Positions 18,519-27,301 of a stretch of 32,000 nucleotides of DNA are shown in pieces. Positions within the stretch are counted from its first letter, which is position 1. Each line of letters starts with the position of its first letter. The stretch is from Methanococcus maripaludis (GTDB taxonomy: Archaea > AGJL01 > Methanococci > Methanococcales > Methanococcaceae): positions 120,001 to 152,000 of the forward strand of contig NZ_CP026606.1 in the NCBI RefSeq assembly GCF_002945325.1. Reading direction: 5' to 3'. The position numbers and the translations under genes are program-made. The notes below the pieces were generated by a model, which saw only the letters and a program-made list of their open reading frames with translations, did not search any database and was not told the origin of the DNA.

Positions 18519-18751
18519 GTTTTCGCCCCTATCAAAAAAACAACGATAATGCCTCCATAAAAACTAAAAAAACGCCCTGTAATCATTTTAAATTAACTTT
18601 TAAGAAAAAATGTAATTACTATAGATTATAATTAAAAAAATCAGGGAAATTTACATTACATTGGATTATCATACTAAGCGTATTAAGTAAAATATATCAA
18701 TCTTAAAAATCAAATAATATCATATTAAATTTTGTTTGAGGGGATTTAAAA

Positions 18752-19231
18752 ATGGTTTTCAAAATTCCAAAGATGAATCGTGAAGAATACGACCTACTTG
18801 TAAAAGATAACCATATTTCAAGAATTGCGTTTTTAGGATCAAAATATCCCTACATCGCGCCATTTCTATATGTATTTAACGAAAATAATCTCTACTTTCT
18901 TTCGACAAAATACGGTCGTAAAATTGATCTTTTAAAAAATAATCCTTATGTATCTGTTGAAATTGAAAAATTTTCTGAAGATATGTCTTGTTACAAATTT
19001 ATAACACTCCAGGGAAAAATTGTTCCAGAATATCACTTGGAAAAAAAGAAAGAAATTAGGCAGAGTTTTGTAGATTTAATTATTTCAAAAAATTTATCAA
19101 CTGTGGTTTTAGAAGCACTCGGGCAAAACTCCGATGAACCTGTTGAAAATATAGTTACTGCTGATAACACTTACGTCTGGAAATTAACAGATGTTGAAGA
19201 TATAGTTGCGCTAAAAAATAGCAATGAATAA
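18752..19231 (+). CDS. Pyridoxamine-5'-phosphate-oxidase-like (FMN-binding split-barrel) family protein.
   Basis: The N-terminal pattern EEYDLLVKDNHISRIAFLGSKYPYIAPFLYVFNENNLYFLSTKYGRKIDLLKNNPYVSVEIE is typical of the family. GAGGGG lies upstream of the start. Confidence 0.6.
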   Translation: MVFKIPKMNREEYDLLVKDNHISRIAFLGSKYPYIAPFLYVFNENNLYFLSTKYGRKIDLLKNNPYVSVEIEKFSEDMSCYKFITLQGKIVPEYHLEKKKEIRQSFVDLIISKNLSTVVLEALGQNSDEPVENIVTADNTYVWKLTDVEDIVALKNSNE

Positions 19232-19258
19232 AAATAAATTAATTATCTGGTGAATTTA

Positions 19259-19888
19259 ATGTATTACTGTGCACTCTGTAATTTAAAGGCTTGTAAATTG
19301 GGTGAACTTGAAAAAATGCCTAAAAAATGTCCAAATTCTGCCAAAATTATTGAAAAAAGTAAAGAATTATATTTAGAAGAAGAAAATGAAAAAATTGCAT
19401 ATAATTCTGCGCTTGTGGAGTCAGAAGGCTACTGTAAACTTACCCGAATTGAAGAAACTATTTTGTTTGCGAAAAAAATGAATTATAAAAAATTAGGAAT
19501 TGCATTTTGCACAGGACTTTCAAACGAAGCTAAAATTTTACAAGACATATTTTTGAATCATGATTTTGATGTTGAATCCGTTGTTTGTAAGTGCGGAAGT
19601 ATCCCAAAAGAATTCATAAAAATAACGGAAAATGAAAAAGTTCATAAAGGTGAATATGAAGCAATGTGTAACCCTATCGGCCAAGCATTATTTTTAAACG
19701 AAACAAAAACAGATTTAAATATTATACTGGGCTTGTGTGTGGGCCATGATTCTTTATTTATAAAATATTCAAAAGCGCCTGTTACAGTAATCAGTGTTAA
19801 AGATCGGGTTTTGGGCCATAACCCATTAGCTGCGATTTATACATCAAATAGCTATTATAAAGAAAAATTATTCAAAAATAAAGAATAG
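19259..19888 (+). CDS. DUF1847-like Cys-rich (probable metal or Fe-S binding) protein.
   Basis: The N-terminus is MYYCALCNLKACKLGELEKMPKKCPN, with further Cys motifs (VVCKCGS, AMCNP, LGLCVGHD). GGTGA lies 5 nt upstream of the ATG at 19259, so the track's GTG at 19250 is part of the ribosome-binding site. Confidence 0.5.
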   Translation: MYYCALCNLKACKLGELEKMPKKCPNSAKIIEKSKELYLEEENEKIAYNSALVESEGYCKLTRIEETILFAKKMNYKKLGIAFCTGLSNEAKILQDIFLNHDFDVESVVCKCGSIPKEFIKITENEKVHKGEYEAMCNPIGQALFLNETKTDLNIILGLCVGHDSLFIKYSKAPVTVISVKDRVLGHNPLAAIYTSNSYYKEKLFKNKE

Positions 19889-19928
19889 AAAAATAAAAAA
19901 ATAAATCCGCTATTTTTTAATTTATAAA

Positions 19929-21194
19929 TTATTTTATGCCATAATTATTATTTTTCAAAGTATACACAACAGTTCCAAAAAGCATTGCTAAAATGATTAA
20001 TATTACCATTTTTGAAGAAAATAAAAACATTAACAGGAACGAAACCAATAAAAATACTGCAAATCCTTTTTCCATTACGTTTTCAAAAACTTTTATCGAT
20101 GCTACCGCCGCCATTATTATATTCGTAATTAAAAATGCGTTTACTGCCGCAATTATTTCGTTAAATGAAATTAAATTAAAATAAACTGCGAATAGTGTTA
20201 AAAAGTTTGCAAAAACCATCAGCAATACTGCTGAAAGCGGAGCATTTGTATTTGAGCGGTATTTAAAAATTTTTGGAAATACGCCATCTTTAGCTTGTGC
20301 ATAAACTAATCTTGATGCTCCACCGATTAACATCAGGAAACTACATAAACAAAGTCCTGTTATAGTAAGTGATAATATAATACTGGAGTACTGCCCAAAT
20401 AATGGATATAATATTAATGAAATTCCAGAAATTGGATCTATCAATCCAAGTTTTTTAATATCCAACACCTGCAGAGCCCCAGATACTATCAAGTAAACTA
20501 TGGACATTGCAATTACACTTACTAAAGCTGCTTTCGGGATTGTTTTTTCAGGATTTTCAACTTCAAGGCTGTAATTTCCAAGTATTTCCCAACCGATAAT
20601 TGACCAGAACATTATCAAAAACGAGTAGCCTACATCAATTGTACTTATTCCTGTTCCCGTAAACAGCGCATCCTTTCTATAAAATAAAATTGTAAAAAGC
20701 CCGCCAACTACAAGTATTGTAGAAATTACTGTTGAAATAAGCATTGAAATTTTACCAACGGATGAAATATTTCTTGAAAGGATTATTCCGCCAATTAGCA
20801 TCAATACTGCTGAATAAAATTCTGCCCCAAATGAATAATTTGAAAATAATACTGAAAGATACTCTCCGGCAACCATTATCACAACTAACGGAGCCATTGC
20901 CATTGCAATTAGAAGATAGTATGCATTTAAATTTTTATACGATTTTCCAAAAGAATGGCCTACAACTTCCGTTAAACCAGAATCTCCTGGAAATTTTAAA
21001 CATAATTTGCTTGCAAAATACGCAAAAACCCCGCCAATAGTCATCATGATTACCCATGCAAAAATAGAGTAATCTTTTAAAATATCGTAAACTATCGGTG
21101 GTATTATTACTATTCCTGATCCGAGTATTGGCCCCACGATAAGTCCGCTTAATGTATAGGGCCCCAATTTTTTAGAACTCATAGATATTCCCAT
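19929..21194 (-). CDS. APC-superfamily amino acid/polyamine permease.
   Basis: The protein is 421 aa with about 12 TM helices. The N-terminal block LSGLIVGPILGSGIVIIPP is APC-like. Confidence 0.65.
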   Translation of the reverse strand: MGISMSSKKLGPYTLSGLIVGPILGSGIVIIPPIVYDILKDYSIFAWVIMMTIGGVFAYFASKLCLKFPGDSGLTEVVGHSFGKSYKNLNAYYLLIAMAMAPLVVIMVAGEYLSVLFSNYSFGAEFYSAVLMLIGGIILSRNISSVGKISMLISTVISTILVVGGLFTILFYRKDALFTGTGISTIDVGYSFLIMFWSIIGWEILGNYSLEVENPEKTIPKAALVSVIAMSIVYLIVSGALQVLDIKKLGLIDPISGISLILYPLFGQYSSIILSLTITGLCLCSFLMLIGGASRLVYAQAKDGVFPKIFKYRSNTNAPLSAVLLMVFANFLTLFAVYFNLISFNEIIAAVNAFLITNIIMAAVASIKVFENVMEKGFAVFLLVSFLLMFLFSSKMVILIILAMLFGTVVYTLKNNNYGIK

Positions 21195-21244
21195 ATATTC
21201 CTTTAATTACTTACGTTTTTCATTTTTAACTTAATTTAAATTTA

Positions 21245-21868
21245 TTATTTACTCGAAAGTGCCAGCTGAATCCCAATTGCACCAAATATTCCTGCTTTAG
21301 CCAGATTGATATATTTTCCACATTTTTGGCTGTTTAATATTTTTTCTCCAAAAATGCTTGAGAATACTGCAACCGCTGAAAAAATTAAGATTGCCTGAAT
21401 CATGAAAATAACGCCCAATAGTATCATCTGAATCGGAACGCTTCCAGAATTTGGATTTACAAACTGGGGAAGAAATGCGAGGAAAAATAACGAAACTTTC
21501 GGGTTTAATAAATTCATAAATATTCCTTTTTTATAAAGTGCAGTGTTTTCTGATTTAACTACTGATTCAGTTATTACTACATTTTTATCAAATAATGCGA
21601 GAACTGCAAGGTAAAGCAAATACAAAGCTCCAAGATATTTTACAATCGTAAATGCAAACGCAGAATTGTAGATTATCGCAGAAATTCCAAGTGCTGCTGC
21701 AGTAGTGTGAACTATAAGTCCCGTACAAAGTCCAAGTGCTGTTGAAATCCCTGCCCATTTTCCCTGAGAAATACTTTGAATGGTTACAAATATTATGTCA
21801 GGCCCTGGAAGAATGGTAAGTGCAGCCGATGCAATCACAAAATAAAAAACTTGTGTAGATTCAATCAT
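21245..21868 (-). CDS. LysE/RhtB-family amino acid exporter.
   Basis: With the ATG at 21868 (MIESTQVFYFVIASAALTILPGPDIIFV) the protein is about 207 aa, which matches the family size and its N-terminal PGP motif. The 38 extra codons in the track ORF look non-coding. Confidence 0.7.
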   Translation of the reverse strand: MIESTQVFYFVIASAALTILPGPDIIFVTIQSISQGKWAGISTALGLCTGLIVHTTAAALGISAIIYNSAFAFTIVKYLGALYLLYLAVLALFDKNVVITESVVKSENTALYKKGIFMNLLNPKVSLFFLAFLPQFVNPNSGSVPIQMILLGVIFMIQAILIFSAVAVFSSIFGEKILNSQKCGKYINLAKAGIFGAIGIQLALSSK

Positions 21869-22112
21869 TGTGACACCATAATTTTTTAGGTATTCAGTTA
21901 TGTATTCATGATATTTAACCCCTGTGGGCAATTTTAACGTATTTCGATTAATCAATCTTTTAAAAATAGATTTACAATTCAAATAAACATTTATATGGCT
22001 AAATATATAATTTAATACACAAAATCTTCTTAAATATAAAATAACTGAATAAACGGGGAATAAATGGACATTAAATAACTTAAATTTTTAAGCAATAATA
22101 TATTTTTAAAAG

Positions 22113-22595
22113 GTGGGGGCTTTGAAAAATATTAAAACAATTGTTTTTGGCATGGGCTGTTTTTGGGGAGCAGAAGAAGTATTTAGAAAGGTTAATGGCG
22201 TAGTTTCAACAGAAGTTGGATTCATGGGGGGAATTATCAAAAATCCGACATACGGGCAGGTATGCAGGGGAAAATCAGGACATATCGAGGTAGTTAAAAT
22301 AGATTATGAGCCTGAAATAATATCTTATGATGAATTATTAGATCTATTTTGGAATAATCACAACCCGACTACGCCAAACAAACAGGGCTGGGATGTTGGG
22401 GAACAGTATTCTTCATATATTTTTTATTTTGACGATGAACAGAAGTTAATTGCTGAAAAATCTCTTGAAAAAATGCAAGAACATACGGATTCAAAAATAG
22501 TAACGAATATCAAAAAAGCAGGGAACTTTTACCCTGCCGAAGAATACCACCAGAAATATTTCATGAAAAAGAATAATTCTATTTTAAATTTTTAA
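22113..22595 (+). CDS. msrA: Peptide methionine-S-sulfoxide reductase.
   Basis: It has the active-site motif [10 protein letters not shown], plus [12 protein letters not shown] and YHQKYF. The start is ambiguous: GTG at 22113 lies within AGGTGG, and TTG at 22122 is the alternative. Confidence 0.88.
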   Translation: MGALKNIKTIVFGMGCFWGAEEVFRKVNGVVSTEVGFMGGIIKNPTYGQVCRGKSGHIEVVKIDYEPEIISYDELLDLFWNNHNPTTPNKQGWDVGEQYSSYIFYFDDEQKLIAEKSLEKMQEHTDSKIVTNIKKAGNFYPAEEYHQKYFMKKNNSILNF

Positions 22596-22668
22596 ATTTC
22601 GATTAATTTATCATTAAATTTAAATTCGAAATCTAATTAATATTAAATTTAAAATTTTGGAAGATAAT

Positions 22669-23268
22669 ATGCTTTTTAAGAAAATTGAAGCTGTTTTAGT
22701 TATAATAATGATGTTTACTGGATTTTCAGTATATTATTCTGAAAAAATTTCAGAACAGATTTCATCTTCCAAACCGGCGATATTTGAAATTCAGGGCGAT
22801 AAAGCCGTGATGGTTGGAATAATAAATGAAAACATAGTATTAGAAGTAGAAAATCTTGTAAACAGCCACCCAAACGTTAAAACTATTGTAATGTTGAATG
22901 TTCCAGGATCCATTAACAGCCATGCTAATTTAAAAGCTGCACGAATCGTTCGAAAAAACAACATAAGTACGATTGTTCCAAAAAATGGTTACATCGCATC
23001 AGGAGGTACTGTTTTTTTCTGCGCTGGTGTGAATAGGTCGATTGAAGAAGGTGCGAAAGTAGGGGTTCATTCTTGGAAAAATGATATTATAAAAGATGCT
23101 TCAAAAATACCTAAAGAAAGTTCAGTTCATAAGCCATACGTTGATTATTTTAATGAAATGGGAATATCTGATGAATTTTACTGGTTTATGATTGGTTCAT
23201 CCCCTTCTTTTGGAATGCACTATATGAATGATTATGAAATAAAAAAATACGGACTCATTACTAATTAA
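22669..23268 (+). CDS. Membrane-anchored hypothetical protein, possibly ClpP/crotonase-fold (COG3904-like).
   Basis: There is one N-terminal TM helix. The central block VMLNVPGSINSHANLKAARIVRKNNISTIVPKNGYIASGGTVFFCAGVNR resembles the periplasmic ClpP-like family. This assignment is from memory only. Confidence 0.35.
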   Translation: MLFKKIEAVLVIIMMFTGFSVYYSEKISEQISSSKPAIFEIQGDKAVMVGIINENIVLEVENLVNSHPNVKTIVMLNVPGSINSHANLKAARIVRKNNISTIVPKNGYIASGGTVFFCAGVNRSIEEGAKVGVHSWKNDIIKDASKIPKESSVHKPYVDYFNEMGISDEFYWFMIGSSPSFGMHYMNDYEIKKYGLITN

Positions 23269-23316
23269 TTTAAAAATAATCCAAAATATGTTAAAATTTA
23301 AAAAAGATAATCTATT

Positions 23317-23586
23317 TTAAAAATTTTTAAGTTTCGATGTTTTTATTTCTGCGATTTTTAAAAAACCAATTAATGCAATCGCTGAAATGGCCCCGAATTT
23401 AGAAATATCTATTAATACATCATTTCCAAAATATGTTAAAAATACACCAGCAAATAAAGCGCTGTATTTGGCAAAAATATCTGGAGTGAGTATCTTAAAA
23501 ATAAAATAAAGCGTTGTAACGATAAGTAGTGGAGCAGTTACAATCAAAGCAACGTACCCCCTGATTTTGGGACCCGTGTAGTTCAT
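23317..23586 (-). CDS. Small integral membrane protein, unknown function.
   Basis: This 89-aa ORF has 3 predicted hydrophobic helices. GAGGGTGG lies upstream of the ATG. Confidence 0.5.
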   Translation of the reverse strand: MNYTGPKIRGYVALIVTAPLLIVTTLYFIFKILTPDIFAKYSALFAGVFLTYFGNDVLIDISKFGAISAIALIGFLKIAEIKTSKLKNF

Positions 23587-23823
23587 AAAACCACCCTCAG
23601 TAGTACGTTTTAATATTTAATTATAGCAATATATATAATTTGCCCATTTTTAGGCCTAAAATCTGACTTTATCAGTTCAAATATTCAGAGGAATATTGAA
23701 TGAAATGAATGTTCAAATTAGCTAGATTTTATTTTAATTTTTAAAAAATTAAAAAAATCTAAATCAAAAAATTAATATTGTAGTCCACCAAATTAATTTT
23801 AAACATTTTTAAAAAGGGATTTT

Positions 23824-24180
23824 ATGAATTTTAAACAAAATCTACAAGATATATCTCGATTTTTAATTTATGCAAATAATGCAGTATTTATCGTTGTTTC
23901 GTACATTATCTTCAAGATTTATACACTAATAATCAAAGATGAATACAAAATAGGAAAAATAGAAAATATTTTGTGGCTTATCTGGTTTTTAAGCTCGTTT
24001 TTGATAACCTTTTTCTTCATATATATCGAAATATTGAATAATATTGGCAGTGTCCACGATTTATCAAAATTGTTTGATTTAAAGTTCTTTTTAAACGCCG
24101 TTATCCCAATTTTAACGCTTTTACTCGGGAATATTAAAAATGGACTGCTTGAAAAATGGAATAGGCTTTCGGACAGCTAA
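23824..24180 (+). CDS. Integral membrane protein, unknown function.
   Basis: This 118-aa ORF has hydrophobic helices. AAGGGA lies upstream of the ATG. Confidence 0.45.
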   Translation: MNFKQNLQDISRFLIYANNAVFIVVSYIIFKIYTLIIKDEYKIGKIENILWLIWFLSSFLITFFFIYIEILNNIGSVHDLSKLFDLKFFLNAVIPILTLLLGNIKNGLLEKWNRLSDS

Positions 24181-24214
24181 AAAAATATGAAAAATATAGA
24201 TAATATTATTTAAA

Positions 24215-24949
24215 TTAATCTCTGCTTCTCAATTTTGAAAGTAATTTCAAAATTTCAAGATATAACCAGATTAATGTCACCATTAATCCAAATGCGCCAT
24301 ACCATTCCATATATTTAGGAGCACCGTATTTTTCACCCTGTTCAATAAAATCAAAATCTAAAACAAGATTTAAAGCGGCAATTATTACTACAAAAATACT
24401 AAATAATATCCCAACTGGCCCGCTTCCAAATATCAGCGGAATAGATATTCCAAAAAATCCCAAGATTATTGAAACAAGGTATACAAGTGCAATACCACCT
24501 GTTGCAGCAACTACTCCCAATTTAAAGTTTTCAGTTGCACGGATTAATTTTGATTTGTAAGCGAGTAAAAGGCTCAGTAAAACGCCAAAAGTAGCTACAA
24601 CTGCTTGAAAAACAATTCCTGGATACATAAGTTCAAAAAACCCGGAAATAAGTCCTAAAAATAGTCCTTCGAGTATACAATATACTGGAACGGTAGCGGG
24701 AGACCATTCTTTTTTAAATATGGTCGCAAGTGCCACTAAAAAACCAAGAATTGGTGCTGCTATCAAAAATATAGTTGAATAGGGGCTAAAAAATAACACA
24801 TCCCATGAAAAATATGCCGAGATAGAAACTATTCCAAGTGAAATTATTGTTTTGTTTACAGTTCCGTTTACAGTCATCTGCTGGTTTTGTTCATAATTGT
24901 TAAATCCAGTAAATGTATCACTTGAAAGGGCAGGATTACTTGTTCTCAT
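24215..24949 (-). CDS. Bax-inhibitor-1/YccA-like membrane protein.
   Basis: The N-terminus MRTSNPALSSDTF followed by about 7 TM helices is characteristic of the COG4760/YccA-like family. The ATG at 24949 is preferred over the track's TTG at 24958. Confidence 0.6.
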   Translation of the reverse strand: MRTSNPALSSDTFTGFNNYEQNQQMTVNGTVNKTIISLGIVSISAYFSWDVLFFSPYSTIFLIAAPILGFLVALATIFKKEWSPATVPVYCILEGLFLGLISGFFELMYPGIVFQAVVATFGVLLSLLLAYKSKLIRATENFKLGVVAATGGIALVYLVSIILGFFGISIPLIFGSGPVGILFSIFVVIIAALNLVLDFDFIEQGEKYGAPKYMEWYGAFGLMVTLIWLYLEILKLLSKLRSRD

Positions 24950-25010
24950 ATTTACCAACCAAAATTTTTTATTTTATTTAAAAAAAGATAAATTATAAAG
25001 ACCAGTAATT

Positions 25011-25247
25011 TTAGTTTCGATTAAGACTCTTTAAAACTTTTCTTCCTTCATCCGATAAATTAAATACTACAATATTTTCATTAGTCCTGATTTCGATAAA
25101 TCCCATATCAATCAATTTTGCAAGATCTTCAGAACTTATTTTCATATTTTCTTTTGTTGAAATTACTTCGGAAAAAACATTATCATTAATATATTTGAGA
25201 GTTTCTAAAATTCCGTCTTTTAACAAAATATCTTCCAAGTATACCAC
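25011..25247 (-). CDS. Small putative winged-helix DNA-binding protein.
   Basis: In this 78-aa protein, ISSEDLAKLIDMGFIEIRTNENIVVFNLSDEGRKVLKSL resembles a wHTH recognition helix plus wing. Confidence 0.4.
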   Translation of the reverse strand: MVYLEDILLKDGILETLKYINDNVFSEVISTKENMKISSEDLAKLIDMGFIEIRTNENIVVFNLSDEGRKVLKSLNRN

Positions 25248-25336
25248 CGTTGATAAGCAAAATTAGTTATATTCAATACAATGGCTACTTTGATTTAAAC
25301 CTTTTGATAACGATTTTTAAACATTCAATACTAATC

Positions 25337-25744
25337 TCAATTTAAATTTAAATCTTTTTTTAACGATTCATAGAGTTTTTTCATTGAAATGTAATTTCCA
25401 ATAAGTATAATTGGTTTATAGCCGGTAACGTATATTTTAATCTGGGTTGAAAACAGTGCGGCAATGAATATTAAAACCGTCATTATCATATGATATGCCC
25501 TTAAATCAAGAATTGCATAATATAACGAATAACTTATCTCTTTTGAAACCGTCAAGAGTATATTTGAAGAGATATACCACAAAACTCCGATTAAAAGCAT
25601 TATGTAGTTTCCACGAGTATCTAATTCAATAGCAGATACATCGTCTATTTTAGCAGAAATATTTTGGAAAAATGTTTTTACCATAAATATAGTTTCATGG
25701 ATACTGATTTTTGTAAAACCCATATTGTAATTCATTTTAACCAC
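25337..25744 (-). CDS. Integral membrane protein, unknown function.
   Basis: This 135-aa ORF has 3 hydrophobic helices. The start may instead be the ATG at 25735, which follows GTGGT. Confidence 0.45.
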   Translation of the reverse strand: MVKMNYNMGFTKISIHETIFMVKTFFQNISAKIDDVSAIELDTRGNYIMLLIGVLWYISSNILLTVSKEISYSLYYAILDLRAYHMIMTVLIFIAALFSTQIKIYVTGYKPIILIGNYISMKKLYESLKKDLNLN

Positions 25745-25794
25745 TTTTAAAATTATACTTAAAAATATATTAAAAAAAGAATTTAAGATTTTGT

Positions 25795-26640
25795 TTATAA
25801 TTCGTGATTAAACTCTTCTATTTTTTTGAGATTTTTAGAAACGAAGTAATTAGTGTATGCCCTGTATGAATAAAATGATACATAAACTGCAACTATTGAA
25901 AATACAATAAATGCAAAGAGGGCTACAACTAAGAGTAACGGACTTGCAATAAAAAGCATTTTAGGGCCCGTATACATGTTCATTCCAAAAAATCCAATTA
26001 ATGGAAAAATTACCAAAATCATCGGGATTATCATGAGCAGTATTGAGATTATCGAAACTACAATAAACATACCCAAATATTCAAAGGACATCATTTTAAA
26101 AATTTTGGGGATATCAAAAAATGCACCAAAATTGTCCTCATGTGCAAAATTTACTACAGAAAGCGGAATATATAATGAAATAATTAGCTGGATAATCATT
26201 GAAAGTACAATTGATGCAATGCCATCATTTCCAAAATATGTCATAATATTCTGAAGAATTGTTCCAAAAACTGCAATTACGGCAATTCCCAGCGTAAATA
26301 CAACTCCATTCTTAAGCAGATCCCAATAATTGGCCCATTCTGGAAGTTCTAATGATTTTTCAAGGGATAATTTAATCATTTTTAATATGTAGCCATTTAA
26401 AACAATGAGAAGACCTAAACCCAGTAACGAAGCAAAAAGAGCAACTACTGCAAATACTAAAGAATTTGTTGCAGTGCCAAATATGTGTAAATTCGCACTT
26501 GCGTACGGATACACTGCCAAAAATATTCCTAAAATAAGTAAAAAAATACTTACAGCATAAATTATTCCGCCTTTTAACAATTTTGATAAATCTGAAAGAC
26601 TATATTTTAATGGACCAAAGACGTAATTTTCAAAAAACAT
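25795..26640 (-). CDS. DUF4013-like polytopic membrane protein.
   Basis: The ATG at 26640 (MFFENYVFGPLKYSLSDLSKLLKGGIIY) is preceded by GGTGG at 4 nt. The block LNGYILKMIKLSLEKSLELPEWANYWDLLKNGV is typical of DUF4013. The track start at 26706 adds 22 poor-quality codons. Confidence 0.55.
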   Translation of the reverse strand: MFFENYVFGPLKYSLSDLSKLLKGGIIYAVSIFLLILGIFLAVYPYASANLHIFGTATNSLVFAVVALFASLLGLGLLIVLNGYILKMIKLSLEKSLELPEWANYWDLLKNGVVFTLGIAVIAVFGTILQNIMTYFGNDGIASIVLSMIIQLIISLYIPLSVVNFAHEDNFGAFFDIPKIFKMMSFEYLGMFIVVSIISILLMIIPMILVIFPLIGFFGMNMYTGPKMLFIASPLLLVVALFAFIVFSIVAVYVSFYSYRAYTNYFVSKNLKKIEEFNHEL

Positions 26641-27086
26641 AAACCCACCATTTTTTAATGTATAATTAATTATTTTCAAAAAGAATATAAAAAAATAAAT
26701 ATTCAAGGCACTATTTTAATATGAGTTTTGAGAGTTTTCAAACATGAGCACACAATGAAGAATTCTTGAAAAAATCAAGACAGTTTATCAATTTGGGCTT
26801 TTTATTATATAATACTAAATAAAACGTTCGGAAAATGTAAAATAAAGTTTACAATTCTTTTGAAAAAGAAATAAATTTACATAATAATTTAAAAAATAAA
26901 AAAATAGATGCGGTTTAAAGAAATAGTTTTTTCGCGTTTTTCCACACACGAATATCCCCTTACCTCTGGAATTTGTAATTTCCGAGTTAATATATAGTTT
27001 AAAAATTCCCATATTTTAAATTTACGTCAGGTGTAAATTATATATTATATTTCAAAAATAAAAACAGATTTTTGTTAAAAAGATAA

Positions 27087-27146
27087 TCGATCGACAATTA
27101 GATCTAATATTTTAAGTTAGATCTAAATTATGATCAATATGATCAA
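27087..27146. promoter_or_regulatory. Array of GATC-centred palindromes and repeats, a candidate operator region upstream of the TetR gene.
   Basis: The array comprises TCGATCGA (27087-27094), ATTAGATCTAAT (27097-27108), TTAGATCTAA (27117-27126) and ATGATCAA twice (27130-27137 and 27139-27146). Confidence 0.5.
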
Positions 27147-27301
27147 AAAATGCACGGTGTGGTCACCATCCCGTTCCCAGCATAACTAGATCGAACACTG
27201 ATATATAGTTTTCCATAAATGATCCTATTTTGACAACAAAATATACATAAATAAAATTTGGTATAATAATATTATAAAAAATCCAAAATGGGGTATAAAA
27301 T

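Noticed and set aside
21869-21982. N-terminal extensions of track ORFs: LysE 21869-21982, DUF4013 26641-26706, dehydratase homologue 31264-31449, nifK 15370-15396, and nifE 13959-14051.
   Set aside because: In each case an internal ATG with a much better SD-like site gives the family-typical length and removes overlaps with neighbouring genes or promoters. The extensions have non-coding-like composition.
22113-22595. Possible selenocysteine recoding, since Methanococcus uses Sec and MsrA is a selenoprotein in some organisms.
   Set aside because: The catalytic residue in GMGCFWG is encoded by a normal Cys codon. I saw no pair of adjacent ORFs in this window that would be joined by an in-frame TGA.
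26968-26983. The GGAA...TTCC palindrome considered as a third NrpR operator.
   Set aside because: The spacer is 8 nt (GGAA-tttgtaat-TTCC), not the 6 nt of the defined NrpR operator. I therefore report it only as an unassigned palindrome, within the finding at 26891-26997.
26815-27012. A 65-aa minus-strand track ORF in the large gap upstream of tetR.
   Set aside because: It is extremely AT-rich with Phe/Asn/Lys/Tyr-biased content and has no ribosome-binding site. It spans a TATA-like box, a palindrome and an oligo-T tract, which are better read as regulatory or terminator signals.
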